DNA of 64,000 nucleotides from an uncultured virus (IMG/VR IMGVR_UViG_3300023371_000103) (Duplodnaviria; Heunggongvirae; Uroviricota; Caudoviricetes), in the IMG/VR virus record IMGVR_UViG_3300023371_000103. One strand, written 5' to 3'. A program made the position numbers and the translations under genes. This document shows, piece after piece, positions 8,983-19,350 of the stretch. The first letter of the stretch is position 1. The number at the start of each line of letters is the position of its first letter. The notes under the pieces are model-generated. The model ran no database searches and was not told the DNA's origin. It saw nothing but the letters and a program-made list of their open reading frames with translations.

Positions 8983-9556
8983 AGCTGTCACAGCTTTCCG
9001 GCTCAGGGAGAGATGGTATACATTCCGGGAAGTCGCATTCTTTGGAGGCGGAAGGGGAAGTCAGGCGGATGGTCAAATGTCCGACAGAAGCATCCAGTTC
9101 TATACCGCTGCCGGGAATGACTGGGATCGTGCTGCTTTTGATCCCGTTGACGGACTCGGCGAGCTGATAGCACTTCGGTCCGCCGGATAAATACTCGCCG
9201 GAGTTCAAAGTGTTTTCCTCTTCCGCCGTCACCGCGATCTCCGCAGGCTGGTAAGTATAGACGGAATCTCCCGCGCCTGGGACCGCGCCGACCGTGATCG
9301 TGTTTCCGCGTACCGACATGGAACAGTTCCAGCCCGCTTCCAGTGTTAATTTGCCTTGAAGTTCCAAACCTTCCCGGGACGGGTCGTTAGAAGTATTTTT
9401 CATGGCGTAATTGGGAACACATTCTGCATTGTTATTAATATCAGCTGGGATCACTTTTCTGGGAAAGTTCGCCAGACTTACAGAACGAACACAGCGCAGC
9501 GTCTGAATGTTTGCCGGTTCGATACGATAATCTTCGGGTGAAAAAGTTGTGCTCAT
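8981..9556 (-). CDS. Hypothetical structural (baseplate/tail-associated) protein
   Basis: Translationally coupled to a gp25-like gene; beta-rich composition. Confidence 0.5.
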   Translation of the reverse strand: MSTTFSPEDYRIEPANIQTLRCVRSVSLANFPRKVIPADINNNAECVPNYAMKNTSNDPSREGLELQGKLTLEAGWNCSMSVRGNTITVGAVPGAGDSVYTYQPAEIAVTAEEENTLNSGEYLSGGPKCYQLAESVNGIKSSTIPVIPGSGIELDASVGHLTIRLTSPSASKECDFPECIPSLPEPESCDS

Positions 9557-10014
9557 AGGTAAACAGGAAGTATGATCTCTTCTGTGATCCCTGCCTGACT
9601 GGTCAATGCAATGGACAGGGACAGGGAATCTCCGAAAAACACCGCATCCAGAAGGACAGCATCCCGGAACCGTTCATCGTCCGGAACTTCTTCTGTCTCT
9701 TCCGCCTTCAGCTGAGCGCGGACATCCATCAGCGCAAACTGGAAGGCGATCTGCACGGCGGCCTCAGAGCGTGCTCTGGAGACACTCTTCAGAAAATCAG
9801 AACCCCTCCCGGGAGCAAAGGTCATGGATCCTGCCGGAGTCACCATTAATAGGAAAAACCGCTGAATGAGCTTCTGGATACCGGTGCAGACCGCGCCGCC
9901 CTTGTGCAGAAGCGAAATATCCAGCTCGCTTTCTCCCTGCTCGGCAGCTCCGTGAAGCACGGAAATATCAAATGTTCGCCCTGCGTATTTGGACAGTTTG
10001 CGGTTAAGCTGCAT
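9553..10014 (-). CDS. Putative baseplate wedge protein (gp25-like)
   Basis: TGIQKLIQRFFLLMVTPAGSM...GRGSDF pattern and 153-aa size. Confidence 0.5.
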   Translation of the reverse strand: MQLNRKLSKYAGRTFDISVLHGAAEQGESELDISLLHKGGAVCTGIQKLIQRFFLLMVTPAGSMTFAPGRGSDFLKSVSRARSEAAVQIAFQFALMDVRAQLKAEETEEVPDDERFRDAVLLDAVFFGDSLSLSIALTSQAGITEEIILPVYL

Positions 10015-10040
10015 AATACTGGAAATATAAAGGAGAAGAT

Positions 10041-10559
10041 ATGGCTTTTACGATCACAAATATCGCAACGAAGGTCACGGAAGCCGGCGGCGTTAAATTC
10101 GCTGTCGCACAGCCGTGCACCACTCAACGCGCTTCATTATACGGAGTAGAAGCGACCTGTCAAAACGGTTTCGCTTCTGACCCGGCTCTGGATATTTATG
10201 TCTTCACCAATCCTCTGGCCGCTGTTGCCAAAATCGAAAGCCTGACCGGGCAGACGCTGGATCAGGAGGCGTCCGAGATCAACCTCGGAAATTATCCGAA
10301 CTACAATGAAGCCACTCCCGGACATTATCTTGTCACCGCTCAGCGTGCGGAGTACAGTGCGAATCATCTTCCAGATGCTCCCCTCGGTATTTTAGGCTGC
10401 GAATACGGTCATGATCCCAATCCGTTCGTGACCGACACGGAAGTGAATCCCTATCCGCGGCTGAATTCCGGTTTTCTGACGATCGTGCTGATCTTCAATA
10501 ATCCGGATGTCGTGACAGATGAAAAAGTATTCGTCCGAACACGGGTGGTGAGTGAATGA
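10041..10559 (+). CDS. Hypothetical protein
   Basis: ORF with AAGGAG RBS; first of a coupled operon. Confidence 0.75.
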   Translation: MAFTITNIATKVTEAGGVKFAVAQPCTTQRASLYGVEATCQNGFASDPALDIYVFTNPLAAVAKIESLTGQTLDQEASEINLGNYPNYNEATPGHYLVTAQRAEYSANHLPDAPLGILGCEYGHDPNPFVTDTEVNPYPRLNSGFLTIVLIFNNPDVVTDEKVFVRTRVVSE

Positions 10560-10960
10560 AGACGCTGAAATTCCGCTACACTTCGGCTATTGCTCCCTGG
10601 AAGTTCCGGAAGTCCAAAGCACTGCGCACGGTCATCCGTGTCGCTGTCCAGTGTACCGGAGCGATCCTCGTGGATGACGGCGAAGAACGCGAAGTGGAAG
10701 GGCTGACCGCGATCTTCGCCTACCTGAAAAATGCCGGAGGGTATTCCTTCAACCACGTCTGCAACGCGGTGGACATGAAAGAGATCCCTGACAAGGAAGG
10801 CGACCTGTGGACACGAAAGGATTCCATAGATATTCTTGTCCCTGCGCTGGAGACCGCAGAGGAGACGCTGGCGAAGCTGGAAGAAGACATACGGTTTCTT
10901 GCACGCGAGATCACCAGCTATAATGAACTTGTAAGATTGGAAGAGAGAGAGGTATTTTAA
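10556..10960 (+). CDS. Hypothetical protein
   Basis: ATGA overlap with the upstream gene. Confidence 0.75.
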   Translation: MKTLKFRYTSAIAPWKFRKSKALRTVIRVAVQCTGAILVDDGEEREVEGLTAIFAYLKNAGGYSFNHVCNAVDMKEIPDKEGDLWTRKDSIDILVPALETAEETLAKLEEDIRFLAREITSYNELVRLEEREVF

Positions 10961-11262
10961 TGGCGGCGTTTGTGCGTATCGATGATGCAGTGATCCGGAA
11001 TCTTCTGGGGACAGCCTCGCTGTATGCCGACTTCCCAAAGTTCAAAACGCTGAACCAGAAACTTCTTTCTCTGCCTAAACGCTCCGGCTGCAAATGCCGC
11101 AGAGCATCCAATCCCGGAGCAAATATCCTTGCGGAAGCGAAGGCATACATCCAGACGCTTCCGACTGAAAAGAAAAGCATCCTGAAAAAGCATCTGAACG
11201 CGGACTATCTGAAGATGATGGTCACAGATGCACACGGAAGACACACGGAGTTTACATGGTAG
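10960..11262 (+). CDS. Hypothetical basic protein
   Basis: TAATG overlap; GAGG RBS. Confidence 0.7.
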   Translation: MAAFVRIDDAVIRNLLGTASLYADFPKFKTLNQKLLSLPKRSGCKCRRASNPGANILAEAKAYIQTLPTEKKSILKKHLNADYLKMMVTDAHGRHTEFTW

Positions 11263-11615
11263 GAACAATGACCGGAAAAGTCCACAGACTTGGAAATCTG
11301 GAAGCCTGGGCAGACGGAGGAAGCGTCGTTGTGCTGGATCACAAGACACACACCCGAAAACGGGTCTCTGTTCCGGACTGGCAGGAACGCATGACGGCTG
11401 TCGCTGTCGCTGGCATGAACAAACACGGGTCCGAACACGCTTTCGACCGGGACCTCCACTCAGAATCATGGCAGTATGTCCAGAAGATGCAGGAGATCCT
11501 CCGCGAAGCCAGGTTTCAGGGTGACGTCACTGACCCCCGTGTCTTGAAAGAACTCGCAGAAGAACGAAGAACCAATAAAAAATACACCATGAGACCAAAG
11601 GAAATCTATCGATGA
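11256..11615 (+). CDS. Hypothetical protein
   Basis: Coupled ORF in operon. Confidence 0.7.
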   Translation: MVGTMTGKVHRLGNLEAWADGGSVVVLDHKTHTRKRVSVPDWQERMTAVAVAGMNKHGSEHAFDRDLHSESWQYVQKMQEILREARFQGDVTDPRVLKELAEERRTNKKYTMRPKEIYR

Positions 11616-12022
11616 GATTTCGGGATACTTATTTATACGCACACCTGAAACAGGCGTCCTATACAGGCGGACTGATAGCCTCCGGCATCGATCGGGTGCC
11701 TTATGGACGGCAGACACGTGAGGTCGTTCGCGGCATTGGCGGAGACGTTGCAGATCTTACACGACGCGGTATCTTAACTCCGGTAGCCATAGATGCGGGA
11801 ACACGTTTCGGACGGAGTCTTGGCGACGTCTTTGGAAAACTCAACCCGGAAGCGGATAACTACGACGATCGGGACATTATTTCACTTCTGAATCAGCAGG
11901 AAGAAGTGGCGCTCCTCCAGCGTGAAACAGAACGTCTGGAACGTCTGGCCCGTATCCGTGCACGTAAGAAGAAAAGAATGCGGGAAGCTGCCGATCGAGC
12001 TGTCCGCTCACCATTCATCTGA
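11612..12022 (+). CDS. Hypothetical virion-associated protein (KxA motif)
   Basis: ATGA overlap; LKQASY near the N-terminus. Confidence 0.7.
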   Translation: MRFRDTYLYAHLKQASYTGGLIASGIDRVPYGRQTREVVRGIGGDVADLTRRGILTPVAIDAGTRFGRSLGDVFGKLNPEADNYDDRDIISLLNQQEEVALLQRETERLERLARIRARKKKRMREAADRAVRSPFI

Positions 12023-12029
12023 AACAGCC

Positions 12030-12365
12030 ATGAAATACCCAACAACAGACGAATACGCACTCTCTCCCGGGTATCTATGCTGGTTTCGCGACTGTCTGCC
12101 GAATCCAGTACGGATAACCAATCTGCATAACGGTATATCTGCGGAAGATATGGAAGGTGCGGAGCTTACCAGTGAGTTTCACTGCCAGACCTTCGAGTTA
12201 AATAAAGAAAAAGACCGCATCAAATACACCGTTGTCTGTCAGCGCATACTTGACGGCTGGTATTCCCTGATCGATAGTCAAAAACACTGGGATAAGGAGA
12301 CAGGCGTCATGAAAGTATGGATGGAGTGGACACAGGACTATCTGGAGGTAAAAGATGTTCTATAA
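12030..12365 (+). CDS. Hypothetical protein
   Basis: MKYPTT start following the upstream stop. Confidence 0.7.
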   Translation: MKYPTTDEYALSPGYLCWFRDCLPNPVRITNLHNGISAEDMEGAELTSEFHCQTFELNKEKDRIKYTVVCQRILDGWYSLIDSQKHWDKETGVMKVWMEWTQDYLEVKDVL

Positions 12366-13014
12366 ACAGGCAGACGCAGAAGCGGCAAGTACCGCAGAGC
12401 GGAACTACCGAACTACGGGGAAGGCGGTAGACTACGATACGTATAATAACTCCAACAAATACCTGAATCTTGTCGGAGACGCCGCGCTCGTTGGAATCGG
12501 TGCAGGAACCGGATGGTATGCCCTGAAAAAGCTCGTTGAACGAGCTTACCAAAAGAAACTGGAAAGAGCCGTTCGCCAAAATGCCGCAGTACCCACCGCT
12601 TATAAGCTGCAGGATATGCCGATCCAAAACGATGTCATCGGAGCAGACCTCACCAAGTATGCGGGTACAACGACTTTCACGGACAGCGATCTTAAGAAAG
12701 GATGGTCCACCAACGACGTGCGGAGAGATGGTGAGTCGGGTACCACGCTCTTTTTGGATCCGGATCAGGGACTTCGTAACACAGTCACTACGGAAATGGC
12801 CTCGAATCCTTATGTATGGAACGCGCTTGCATTCGCTTCTATTCCCGCAGTGTTTGGAGGGGCTATGTGGGCAGGGCATAACATCGCGAAAAAAATTAGC
12901 AAAGGACTCGATTCCGAAGAGGTCCTGAGTCTTGAAGAAGAACGACGAAAAGCCCGTAAGCGCTATGAAGAAACTGCCCGACTGCTGCACCATATCTCTA
13001 ACGACGAGATCTGA
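12355..13014 (+). CDS. Putative internal virion protein with glycine-rich hydrophobic helices
   Basis: YKQAD and TKYAG motifs; AALVGIGAGTGW and AVFGGAMWAG helices. Confidence 0.65.
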   Translation: MFYKQADAEAASTAERNYRTTGKAVDYDTYNNSNKYLNLVGDAALVGIGAGTGWYALKKLVERAYQKKLERAVRQNAAVPTAYKLQDMPIQNDVIGADLTKYAGTTTFTDSDLKKGWSTNDVRRDGESGTTLFLDPDQGLRNTVTTEMASNPYVWNALAFASIPAVFGGAMWAGHNIAKKISKGLDSEEVLSLEEERRKARKRYEETARLLHHISNDEI

Positions 13015-13034
13015 AACGAAAGGAGAATAAAAAC

Positions 13035-13622
13035 ATGGACCGTATGGATCGGATCATAGAGCGTAGTAAACAGCTGCGGAAAGAGGCAGATTTAAGGCTT
13101 GTAAAAGAAGGAGGTGGAGGACAGGCAGTTAAAAACTTCGGACTGGGACTTTGGCGCTTTTTTACCGGATGGGGCAAAAGTCCGAAAGTAGATGCCGCAA
13201 CGAAGACTGTGAAGACACGTACAGGTAGCATAGTACAGGTTCATACCTCAGCCGACGTGGACAAGTTCCTGAACCAAAAAGGCTGGGCTAGCTTTGGTCG
13301 CGGTGCCGCGTATACCGGTGCGGCCACCGTAAGTGTCCCCTGGCTCCTCTCCGGCGGTGAGTATCAGCCTCCGACACAGGATGGGCTGTCTGGCGGATCT
13401 GGTTCCGGCGGCGAAGGCAGTAAAGGGATCAACTGGCTCCCGTGGATGCTCGGTGTTCCGGCAGCCGGAGCGGCAGGCGTCGGCTTGTACAAGATTCTGA
13501 ACAGTAAAAAGCCTGAACCTCTTCCGCGAATCGAGGATGCCGTATTGAGTGATGACGAAATCGCAGCGGAGTTGAGAAAAAGACAAGAAGAACAGTTTCA
13601 GAACGAGGAGCTCTACGCATGA
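13035..13622 (+). CDS. Putative internal virion protein with glycine-zipper helix
   Basis: RKEAD; GVPAAGAAGVGLY. Confidence 0.65.
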   Translation: MDRMDRIIERSKQLRKEADLRLVKEGGGGQAVKNFGLGLWRFFTGWGKSPKVDAATKTVKTRTGSIVQVHTSADVDKFLNQKGWASFGRGAAYTGAATVSVPWLLSGGEYQPPTQDGLSGGSGSGGEGSKGINWLPWMLGVPAAGAAGVGLYKILNSKKPEPLPRIEDAVLSDDEIAAELRKRQEEQFQNEELYA

Positions 13623-14116
13623 TCCAACGGCTACGGACGGACAACTTGATACGGCAGGTCAACAGAAAAGGAATGGAGAAAGAAGCCTTGATCTGGGTGT
13701 GGCCTGCCTTGAAAGGGTTAGGTACCGCTGCGGTCATGACAGGTGTATGGGTAGCCGGCGAGGCAGCCTATGATCACTTCTCCGGGAAAGACGCGCGGGA
13801 TCAGGATACACTCACGGCATTGCAACAGAACAACCAGCTTCGTGAGGCGGACCTTCAGCTGAGAGTTCATGAAATGGAACAGCAGCGGAACAATAACGCA
13901 TCAGGAACACAGACTGGTTCCCTGACTCCTTACGCGATCGGCGCCGCCGGACTCGGTGCAGCTGGACTAGGTGCCTGGGGGCTGTCCAAAGCATTTGGAA
14001 AGAGACCTCAACCGCAGATACCTCGACAATACACTTCCGAATATAGTACTGCCGCCCTGGAATCGGAGCTTGCTCGAAGGAAGAAAAAAAGAAAAACAAC
14101 TGGTTTGGTACAATGA
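13619..14116 (+). CDS. Putative internal virion protein with glycine-zipper helices
   Basis: MEKEALIW; GAAGLGAAGLGAWGL. Confidence 0.65.
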   Translation: MIQRLRTDNLIRQVNRKGMEKEALIWVWPALKGLGTAAVMTGVWVAGEAAYDHFSGKDARDQDTLTALQQNNQLREADLQLRVHEMEQQRNNNASGTQTGSLTPYAIGAAGLGAAGLGAWGLSKAFGKRPQPQIPRQYTSEYSTAALESELARRKKKRKTTGLVQ

Positions 14117-14128
14117 GCCAGGAAGTAA

Positions 14129-14563
14129 ATGGAGGATGGACGAATGGCGCCTACGGTGGATGAACTGACCGTGATACAGAATCGGTTTCGAAAACAGGCC
14201 CGGGCCTTTTTGAAGGCAGCCCGACAGGAGAAACAGTCCGCATTAACCGTTTCCAATAATCAGCCGACAGACAGTGCTGTTATGAATACGCTGATTAGCG
14301 GTGCGGTGGGACTGGGTGCGCTGGGAATGCTCGTACCGTCTTATCGATTTGTTCAGTCTGCGAGAAAAGGGTATAAAGACAAAGTAGAAGACATTTCTGA
14401 CGTCACTCGTGCCTCTCAGGCATGGAATGCTTTAAGGCAGGGACGGGAAGACGACTATATGCCGCTGCGAGCGGTACTGGAAACGGAGCCGGACCTGTTG
14501 GATGAGTATCGTCAGAAACTCAGGAAAAAAGATCTCCAGAAAGCAATGGAATCCAACTTCTAA
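14129..14563 (+). CDS. Putative virion protein with hydrophobic helix
   Basis: RKQAR, EKQSA; ISGAVGLGALG. Confidence 0.6.
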   Translation: MEDGRMAPTVDELTVIQNRFRKQARAFLKAARQEKQSALTVSNNQPTDSAVMNTLISGAVGLGALGMLVPSYRFVQSARKGYKDKVEDISDVTRASQAWNALRQGREDDYMPLRAVLETEPDLLDEYRQKLRKKDLQKAMESNF

Positions 14564-14577
14564 CAAAGGATAGTTCA

Positions 14578-16017
14578 ATGAATCATAACTCAATATACGG
14601 CTCGCTGGAACGCTTGTACGCCCAGCGCAGCAACCTCTACAAAAAGGCTTCAGACGGACTTCATTCGGAAGCACCCGATGATCCGACTGGAGACGGAACA
14701 GTAGAACCGACCACGGGTGATCTGTTTGCGACGATGGATAAAGAGATCCAGGATTATCCGATCACCGACGTGACCGCTGCGGATGACGGAACCGCTTTCA
14801 ACAGCGACGTGACCGCCAATCTGGATAACATCGGCACGGAAGTTACGGAATTCGATGACAGTGTGGTAGATGAGTACAGCATGGATGTTGAGGATCCGGG
14901 AACAGAATCTCAGGTCAAATTCAGCCAGTACAAATTCGCCTCCATGAGTTTCTCTCAGAACCATCAGGTCTTCAAGAAACTCGCTTCCGCTTTAGCACGG
15001 GATCTTAAAGACCGTGCGGCTGGCGCACTTGCCCGTACCAAGCAGGCAGGCTACGCTCCGGCGATGACTTCTGATCAGATTGCAATGGACCGCTTCCGCA
15101 AAGCAAAAATGATCATCGAAGAGGGTGAAAAAGATGGTATCCTGATGGCCAAGAATGCCGCCTTCCTGCTTCGTAAAGCCGCGAATGGCGAAGCAGTCAC
15201 ACCGGAAGACATTCCGGTAGATGCTGTAGAGGACATTCCGGTCGAAACGGCTCCGGAAGAAGCTGTTCTGGATCCTGCTGCGGAAGAAGCGGCTGCTGTT
15301 CTCTCGGAACTTCCGCCGGAAACAGTAGAGGCTCTGGTCCAGCTCCCTGAAGAAGAACTGCAGGCCATCGAAGAGATGGCGGCTGCGGTAGATGCCGGAG
15401 CTGTGGAACCGGAAGAAGCGATCGCGATGCTCGCTGGCGAAGAGGGAGCCCCTTCGGAAGAAGCCGTTGTGTGTGACGAGACTGGCTGTACTGCTAAAGA
15501 AGCCGCTTACCGCCGCTGGATGTATAAACTTGCAGAAGAAGCTCCGTTGACAGAGGAGGATGTTATCGCGGCAGCCGACGTCCCGGCAGATGATCTTGCC
15601 GCAATCGAAGCACTCCCGCCGGAAGCTATTGAAGAATTGATCGCGCTCGAAGAAGCGGTAGATGCCGGAGATATTCCGGCCGAAACCGCGATCGCGCTTT
15701 TGGAGGGTGATCCAGGTCTGGAAGCTGCGCTTGAGGAAGCTCCAGTAGAAGAAGTTCCTGTGGACGCAGCCCCTGTCTCCGAAGACGAAGCTGTGGCTGA
15801 ACTTTCTTCGGCTATGGCCGAGCAGGGCGTAACTCCTGACGACCTGGAAGCCGCCGCGGCGGTATCCGATGAGATAAAATCCGCCAGCCTGCGCAAGATC
15901 GCCCGCAGTGTCAGGGTTTATCGCACGAAATATGCGGCTCATACCCGCAGCAAAACTGCACGCCGCGTCGCTCTTCGACGCCACTGCAAGAACGTTCTCA
16001 GTGAATTATTAGACTAA
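14578..16017 (+). CDS. Acidic low-complexity protein, putative prohead scaffold/core
   Basis: Extremely E/A/P/D-rich with a basic C-terminus; many KxA sites; upstream of capsid genes. Confidence 0.6.
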   Translation: MNHNSIYGSLERLYAQRSNLYKKASDGLHSEAPDDPTGDGTVEPTTGDLFATMDKEIQDYPITDVTAADDGTAFNSDVTANLDNIGTEVTEFDDSVVDEYSMDVEDPGTESQVKFSQYKFASMSFSQNHQVFKKLASALARDLKDRAAGALARTKQAGYAPAMTSDQIAMDRFRKAKMIIEEGEKDGILMAKNAAFLLRKAANGEAVTPEDIPVDAVEDIPVETAPEEAVLDPAAEEAAAVLSELPPETVEALVQLPEEELQAIEEMAAAVDAGAVEPEEAIAMLAGEEGAPSEEAVVCDETGCTAKEAAYRRWMYKLAEEAPLTEEDVIAAADVPADDLAAIEALPPEAIEELIALEEAVDAGDIPAETAIALLEGDPGLEAALEEAPVEEVPVDAAPVSEDEAVAELSSAMAEQGVTPDDLEAAAAVSDEIKSASLRKIARSVRVYRTKYAAHTRSKTARRVALRRHCKNVLSELLD

Positions 16018-16029
16018 GGAGATTTCAAT

Positions 16030-16407
16030 ATGTATACTGACCAGGAACGAGACCACATGGTTTTCGACCTTATCAGCTGCGCCCATGAGGGGATGGCGAA
16101 AGCCGCCGCGATCCATGCTGCCAAACAGCAGCAGGACCGCGAGGTCGAAGCCATGATCCCGAATGTGCTGGATGCTCTTGTTACCAATCGACGTATCGCG
16201 CCGGGTGAAACGGTAAAGGTCGCCGGTTGGCTTCGCAATCAGGCTACGACTCTTCAGTTCCTTGCCGAGCTTGCGGCGCACGACAACTCGGTACCGTCCG
16301 GAAAACTCGGCTCGACAGTCAAGAAAGCCAATCTCCAGTCCGGCACGACGCATAAGCAGCGTGAAGATGAGATTCTGGAAGAGTTCTTTCAAAGCTACGA
16401 CCTCTAA
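16030..16407 (+). CDS. Hypothetical head-associated protein
   Basis: AAGGAG RBS; position in head operon. Confidence 0.65.
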   Translation: MYTDQERDHMVFDLISCAHEGMAKAAAIHAAKQQQDREVEAMIPNVLDALVTNRRIAPGETVKVAGWLRNQATTLQFLAELAAHDNSVPSGKLGSTVKKANLQSGTTHKQREDEILEEFFQSYDL

Positions 16408-16423
16408 TATAAAGGATTAAAAT

Positions 16424-17248
16424 ATGCAGGCTTACAATATTGCCGCAACGCATCGTCTGGAACCGATCTCCGGTTTTGATGAAATCACGCACCTTCAGTT
16501 CACAGCCCCGCTGGACAGTACGACAGCGAAATTCGATAACGGCACGGGCGAAGAATTCGGTCTGCCGGCCGGTTCTGTCGTCTCGATCAACGAAAACGGC
16601 GACTTCATCGCCGGTGCCGCCGGAACGGCCATGCCGTGCTTCCTCCTCTGGAACACGAGCGGTGCCGACGGTATGGCGTGGACGTCCACAACAGCTAACG
16701 GTATGAACTATGCCGGTACGGCAGGTGTCTCCGCTGCCAAAGCCTACGACAGCCGCGACTGGCTGGAAAACTCTTTGGACGCGAACGGTACGTATGTTGC
16801 AGGAGGTGCCAGTCCTTTGCAGCGCAATCCGGGCGAGAGCTGGAGCGGTACGTCTGTCTCCTACTCCCTGAAACCGGGCGTTGGAAACTTCACGGCATGG
16901 CCCGCCACCTGCGGTCTGGAACTGACTTCCACCGAATTCGAACGCGTCAGCACGTCTGCGGACGATGAGATCGCGGTTCCGGCGGAATTCAAGCGCAATG
17001 ACCTCCTGACCTCCCCGGTCGCCGGTCAGATCGCTGCCGCGGATACGGACAACCCGTTTGTCGCCCGTCAGAAGGCCCGCGGCGGTTTCCTCAAGGTCGA
17101 TGACATCACGACCGCCGACCTGGCTACCAACGGCATCCATAATATCTGCGGTACCGTTTCGCGCGGCATCATGCAGAACGAAAACGCGATCCACGTCCTG
17201 TTCTTCTGGGCGGAACGCACTCTGGTCCCGACGATTGCCGGTAACTAA
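16424..17248 (+). CDS. Putative capsid decoration/cement protein
   Basis: Directly upstream of the MCP; C-ending codon bias typical of highly expressed genes; Gly/Ala/Thr-rich. Confidence 0.5.
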   Translation: MQAYNIAATHRLEPISGFDEITHLQFTAPLDSTTAKFDNGTGEEFGLPAGSVVSINENGDFIAGAAGTAMPCFLLWNTSGADGMAWTSTTANGMNYAGTAGVSAAKAYDSRDWLENSLDANGTYVAGGASPLQRNPGESWSGTSVSYSLKPGVGNFTAWPATCGLELTSTEFERVSTSADDEIAVPAEFKRNDLLTSPVAGQIAAADTDNPFVARQKARGGFLKVDDITTADLATNGIHNICGTVSRGIMQNENAIHVLFFWAERTLVPTIAGN

Positions 17249-17278
17249 GTTCTATAAAATCACATTTAAGGATAAATC

Positions 17279-18286
17279 ATGGATAACTATACGATCGCCG
17301 CGCGGAAAGAACGCGAAATGGCTCTTTCCCGCAACCTTATCGACGGCTTCTTAAGCAAGGAAGCTGCTTCCGTAAAAAAAGCGACTGAGACCACGAACGC
17401 CTTTACGCGCAAAACGCTGATGGAAAATTCGTGGATGCATAAGATCCTTCCGGCTGAACCGATCTCCCCGTCGGAATTCACCGAAGACATCAACGAACGC
17501 TTCCCGTACAAACTTGTTCCACTCGAACCGACTTCCCGCGGAGCGATGACGGTCCAGTTCGGTACCGTTCCGAATACGATGTACTTCGATGCGGAATACT
17601 ACCGTGTACCGTTCAACCGCATTCTGTCCCCGCGTCTCACGCTGGACGTTGCGGAACTCCTGCGCTATCGCTACGATATTCGTCAGGTCATCCTGGACAA
17701 ACACACGAAATACATCGAACTGGAAAAAGACCGCCGTTTTATCCAGGCTGTGACGGAAGCCCTTCGCATGACCGAAACGATGGGCGCTTTGGGCAACCGC
17801 CGTGCTACCCCGAGCCAGATCCGTGCCTTCGACTCCGGTCTGACGCGCGACAATCTGGTCGATGCCGTTCAGATCATGCAGTCCACGCAGGCGCACATCC
17901 CGCCGTCCTGCGCTCTGTGCAATACCAAGACCTATTCGGAATTCGCCAAATGGCAGCATGACGAAATGGGCGGTGGTTCCATCGCAGAAGACATCATCCT
18001 CAACGGTATCGGCGAACGCAACTGGATGGGTCTTAACTGGGTCGTCTCGATCAAGCACGAGATCCTCCCGGACGGCTTCGTTTACTTCTTCGCCAATCCG
18101 GACTACCTCGGCAAACACTACATCGTGGAAGATCTCACGATGTGGGTCGAGCAGCAGGCGTACATGCTCACGACCTTCCAGTGGACGATGAGCGGCGCGG
18201 CTATCGGTAATCTCAGTGGTATCGCTATGGCGGACTTCAATCCGACCGGTATCTCCGCGGGCGGTGTCACGGCCACCTTCAAATAA
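17279..18286 (+). CDS. Major capsid protein (HK97-fold, putative)
   Basis: 335 aa; FNRILSPRLTLDVAEL...DIRQVI...EKDRRFI spine-helix-like pattern; strong codon bias; context after scaffold-like gene. Confidence 0.72.
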   Translation: MDNYTIAARKEREMALSRNLIDGFLSKEAASVKKATETTNAFTRKTLMENSWMHKILPAEPISPSEFTEDINERFPYKLVPLEPTSRGAMTVQFGTVPNTMYFDAEYYRVPFNRILSPRLTLDVAELLRYRYDIRQVILDKHTKYIELEKDRRFIQAVTEALRMTETMGALGNRRATPSQIRAFDSGLTRDNLVDAVQIMQSTQAHIPPSCALCNTKTYSEFAKWQHDEMGGGSIAEDIILNGIGERNWMGLNWVVSIKHEILPDGFVYFFANPDYLGKHYIVEDLTMWVEQQAYMLTTFQWTMSGAAIGNLSGIAMADFNPTGISAGGVTATFK

Positions 18287-18291
18287 GGAGA

Positions 18292-18639
18292 ATGACTATG
18301 AATGATTTGGAAGCCCGCCGTTTCCTGCATGACCGGCTCTACGCTCCGATGTTTCGGAATAAGGTCGCGAGCCTAACCGGAATTCAGTTCGAAAGCCCTG
18401 AAGAGGAAGCTATGGCTCAGGCTGTGACTTTCCGCATGAAGAGTGCGAACGCGCACATTCGTCAGGCAAGTCAGCAGCCGACACCGAGTCAGCAGCAGGT
18501 CAAAATGGCGCTTTACTCCCAGATGGACCAGCTCGCCGGAAACGTTTTCGGCGATAACGTGTCGGAACGCGACCGTGAGATCTTCGCGATCGCCAATGAC
18601 CCGCAGATCGGTCCGGCACTGGATGCTCTTAACCTGTAA
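18292..18639 (+). CDS. Hypothetical head protein (KxA motifs)
   Basis: AAGGAG RBS; NKVAS, MKSAN, VKMAL. Confidence 0.7.
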   Translation: MTMNDLEARRFLHDRLYAPMFRNKVASLTGIQFESPEEEAMAQAVTFRMKSANAHIRQASQQPTPSQQQVKMALYSQMDQLAGNVFGDNVSERDREIFAIANDPQIGPALDALNL

Positions 18640-18650
18640 AGGAGGGCGCT

Positions 18651-18941
18651 ATGATCCCGAGTAATGTGTTTCCCAAGACGAAGTACACGCATTCAAACTT
18701 CAGCCGTACCTGGTCCTGGATCAAACGCAATTACCGCATCTATGGACTTCAGCTCGAGAATATCGGGGCAGAAGATGTCTTTTGCCCCTACCTCGGAGCT
18801 TACGGGGTTACGATCCCTGCCGGAGAAACTGTCTTCGCGCAGTTCCGGGTCAAGATCCCGTACACGAAAGCGGTCCGGTACTACAATCTGATGCGGGACC
18901 ATCTGTCAGGGGAATCCCCTAAACTGAAACTGGCTGAATAG
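18651..18941 (+). CDS. Hypothetical protein
   Basis: AAGGAGG RBS; followed by GGGGAGC/GCTCCCC terminator hairpin. Confidence 0.7.
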   Translation: MIPSNVFPKTKYTHSNFSRTWSWIKRNYRIYGLQLENIGAEDVFCPYLGAYGVTIPAGETVFAQFRVKIPYTKAVRYYNLMRDHLSGESPKLKLAE

Positions 18942-18993
18942 CCAAAAGAAATTGGGGAGCCGCCGCGCTCCCCTCTTTAGTAAAGGAATAAAA

Positions 18994-19284
18994 ATGAAAC
19001 GAATCCTTCTTACTGTTTTACTCTGCCTCATGGCGTCTGTCTGTTTCGCACAGAATGCCTGTGAGCCTGTCACCGCCTGCGACCCGATCACTGCCTGCGA
19101 CCCGGTTGTTACGGAAAGCCCGATGATCTACTCGATCCCGCCGGCGGTCCATACCGTACCGGTACGCGTCCTCGTCATTCCGGAACGCCCCGTCCGTACC
19201 CGCACACGCGAGATCATCCGTGAACGAGCCGTCCGCGTCCGTCAGCTTCCGCCGGTCTCCGCCTGCGGTCCCGTGCTCCAGTGA
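18994..19284 (+). CDS. Secreted Cys/Pro-repeat protein
   Basis: Signal peptide MKRILLTVLLCLMASVCFA, then ACEPVT-ACDPIT-ACDPVV repeats. Confidence 0.75.
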   Translation: MKRILLTVLLCLMASVCFAQNACEPVTACDPITACDPVVTESPMIYSIPPAVHTVPVRVLVIPERPVRTRTREIIRERAVRVRQLPPVSACGPVLQ

Positions 19285-19350
19285 TATTAATAATAAAAGC
19301 ACAGTCGAAATACACGTCTGTGCTTTTCTATCTTAAGACAGGATCCTACG

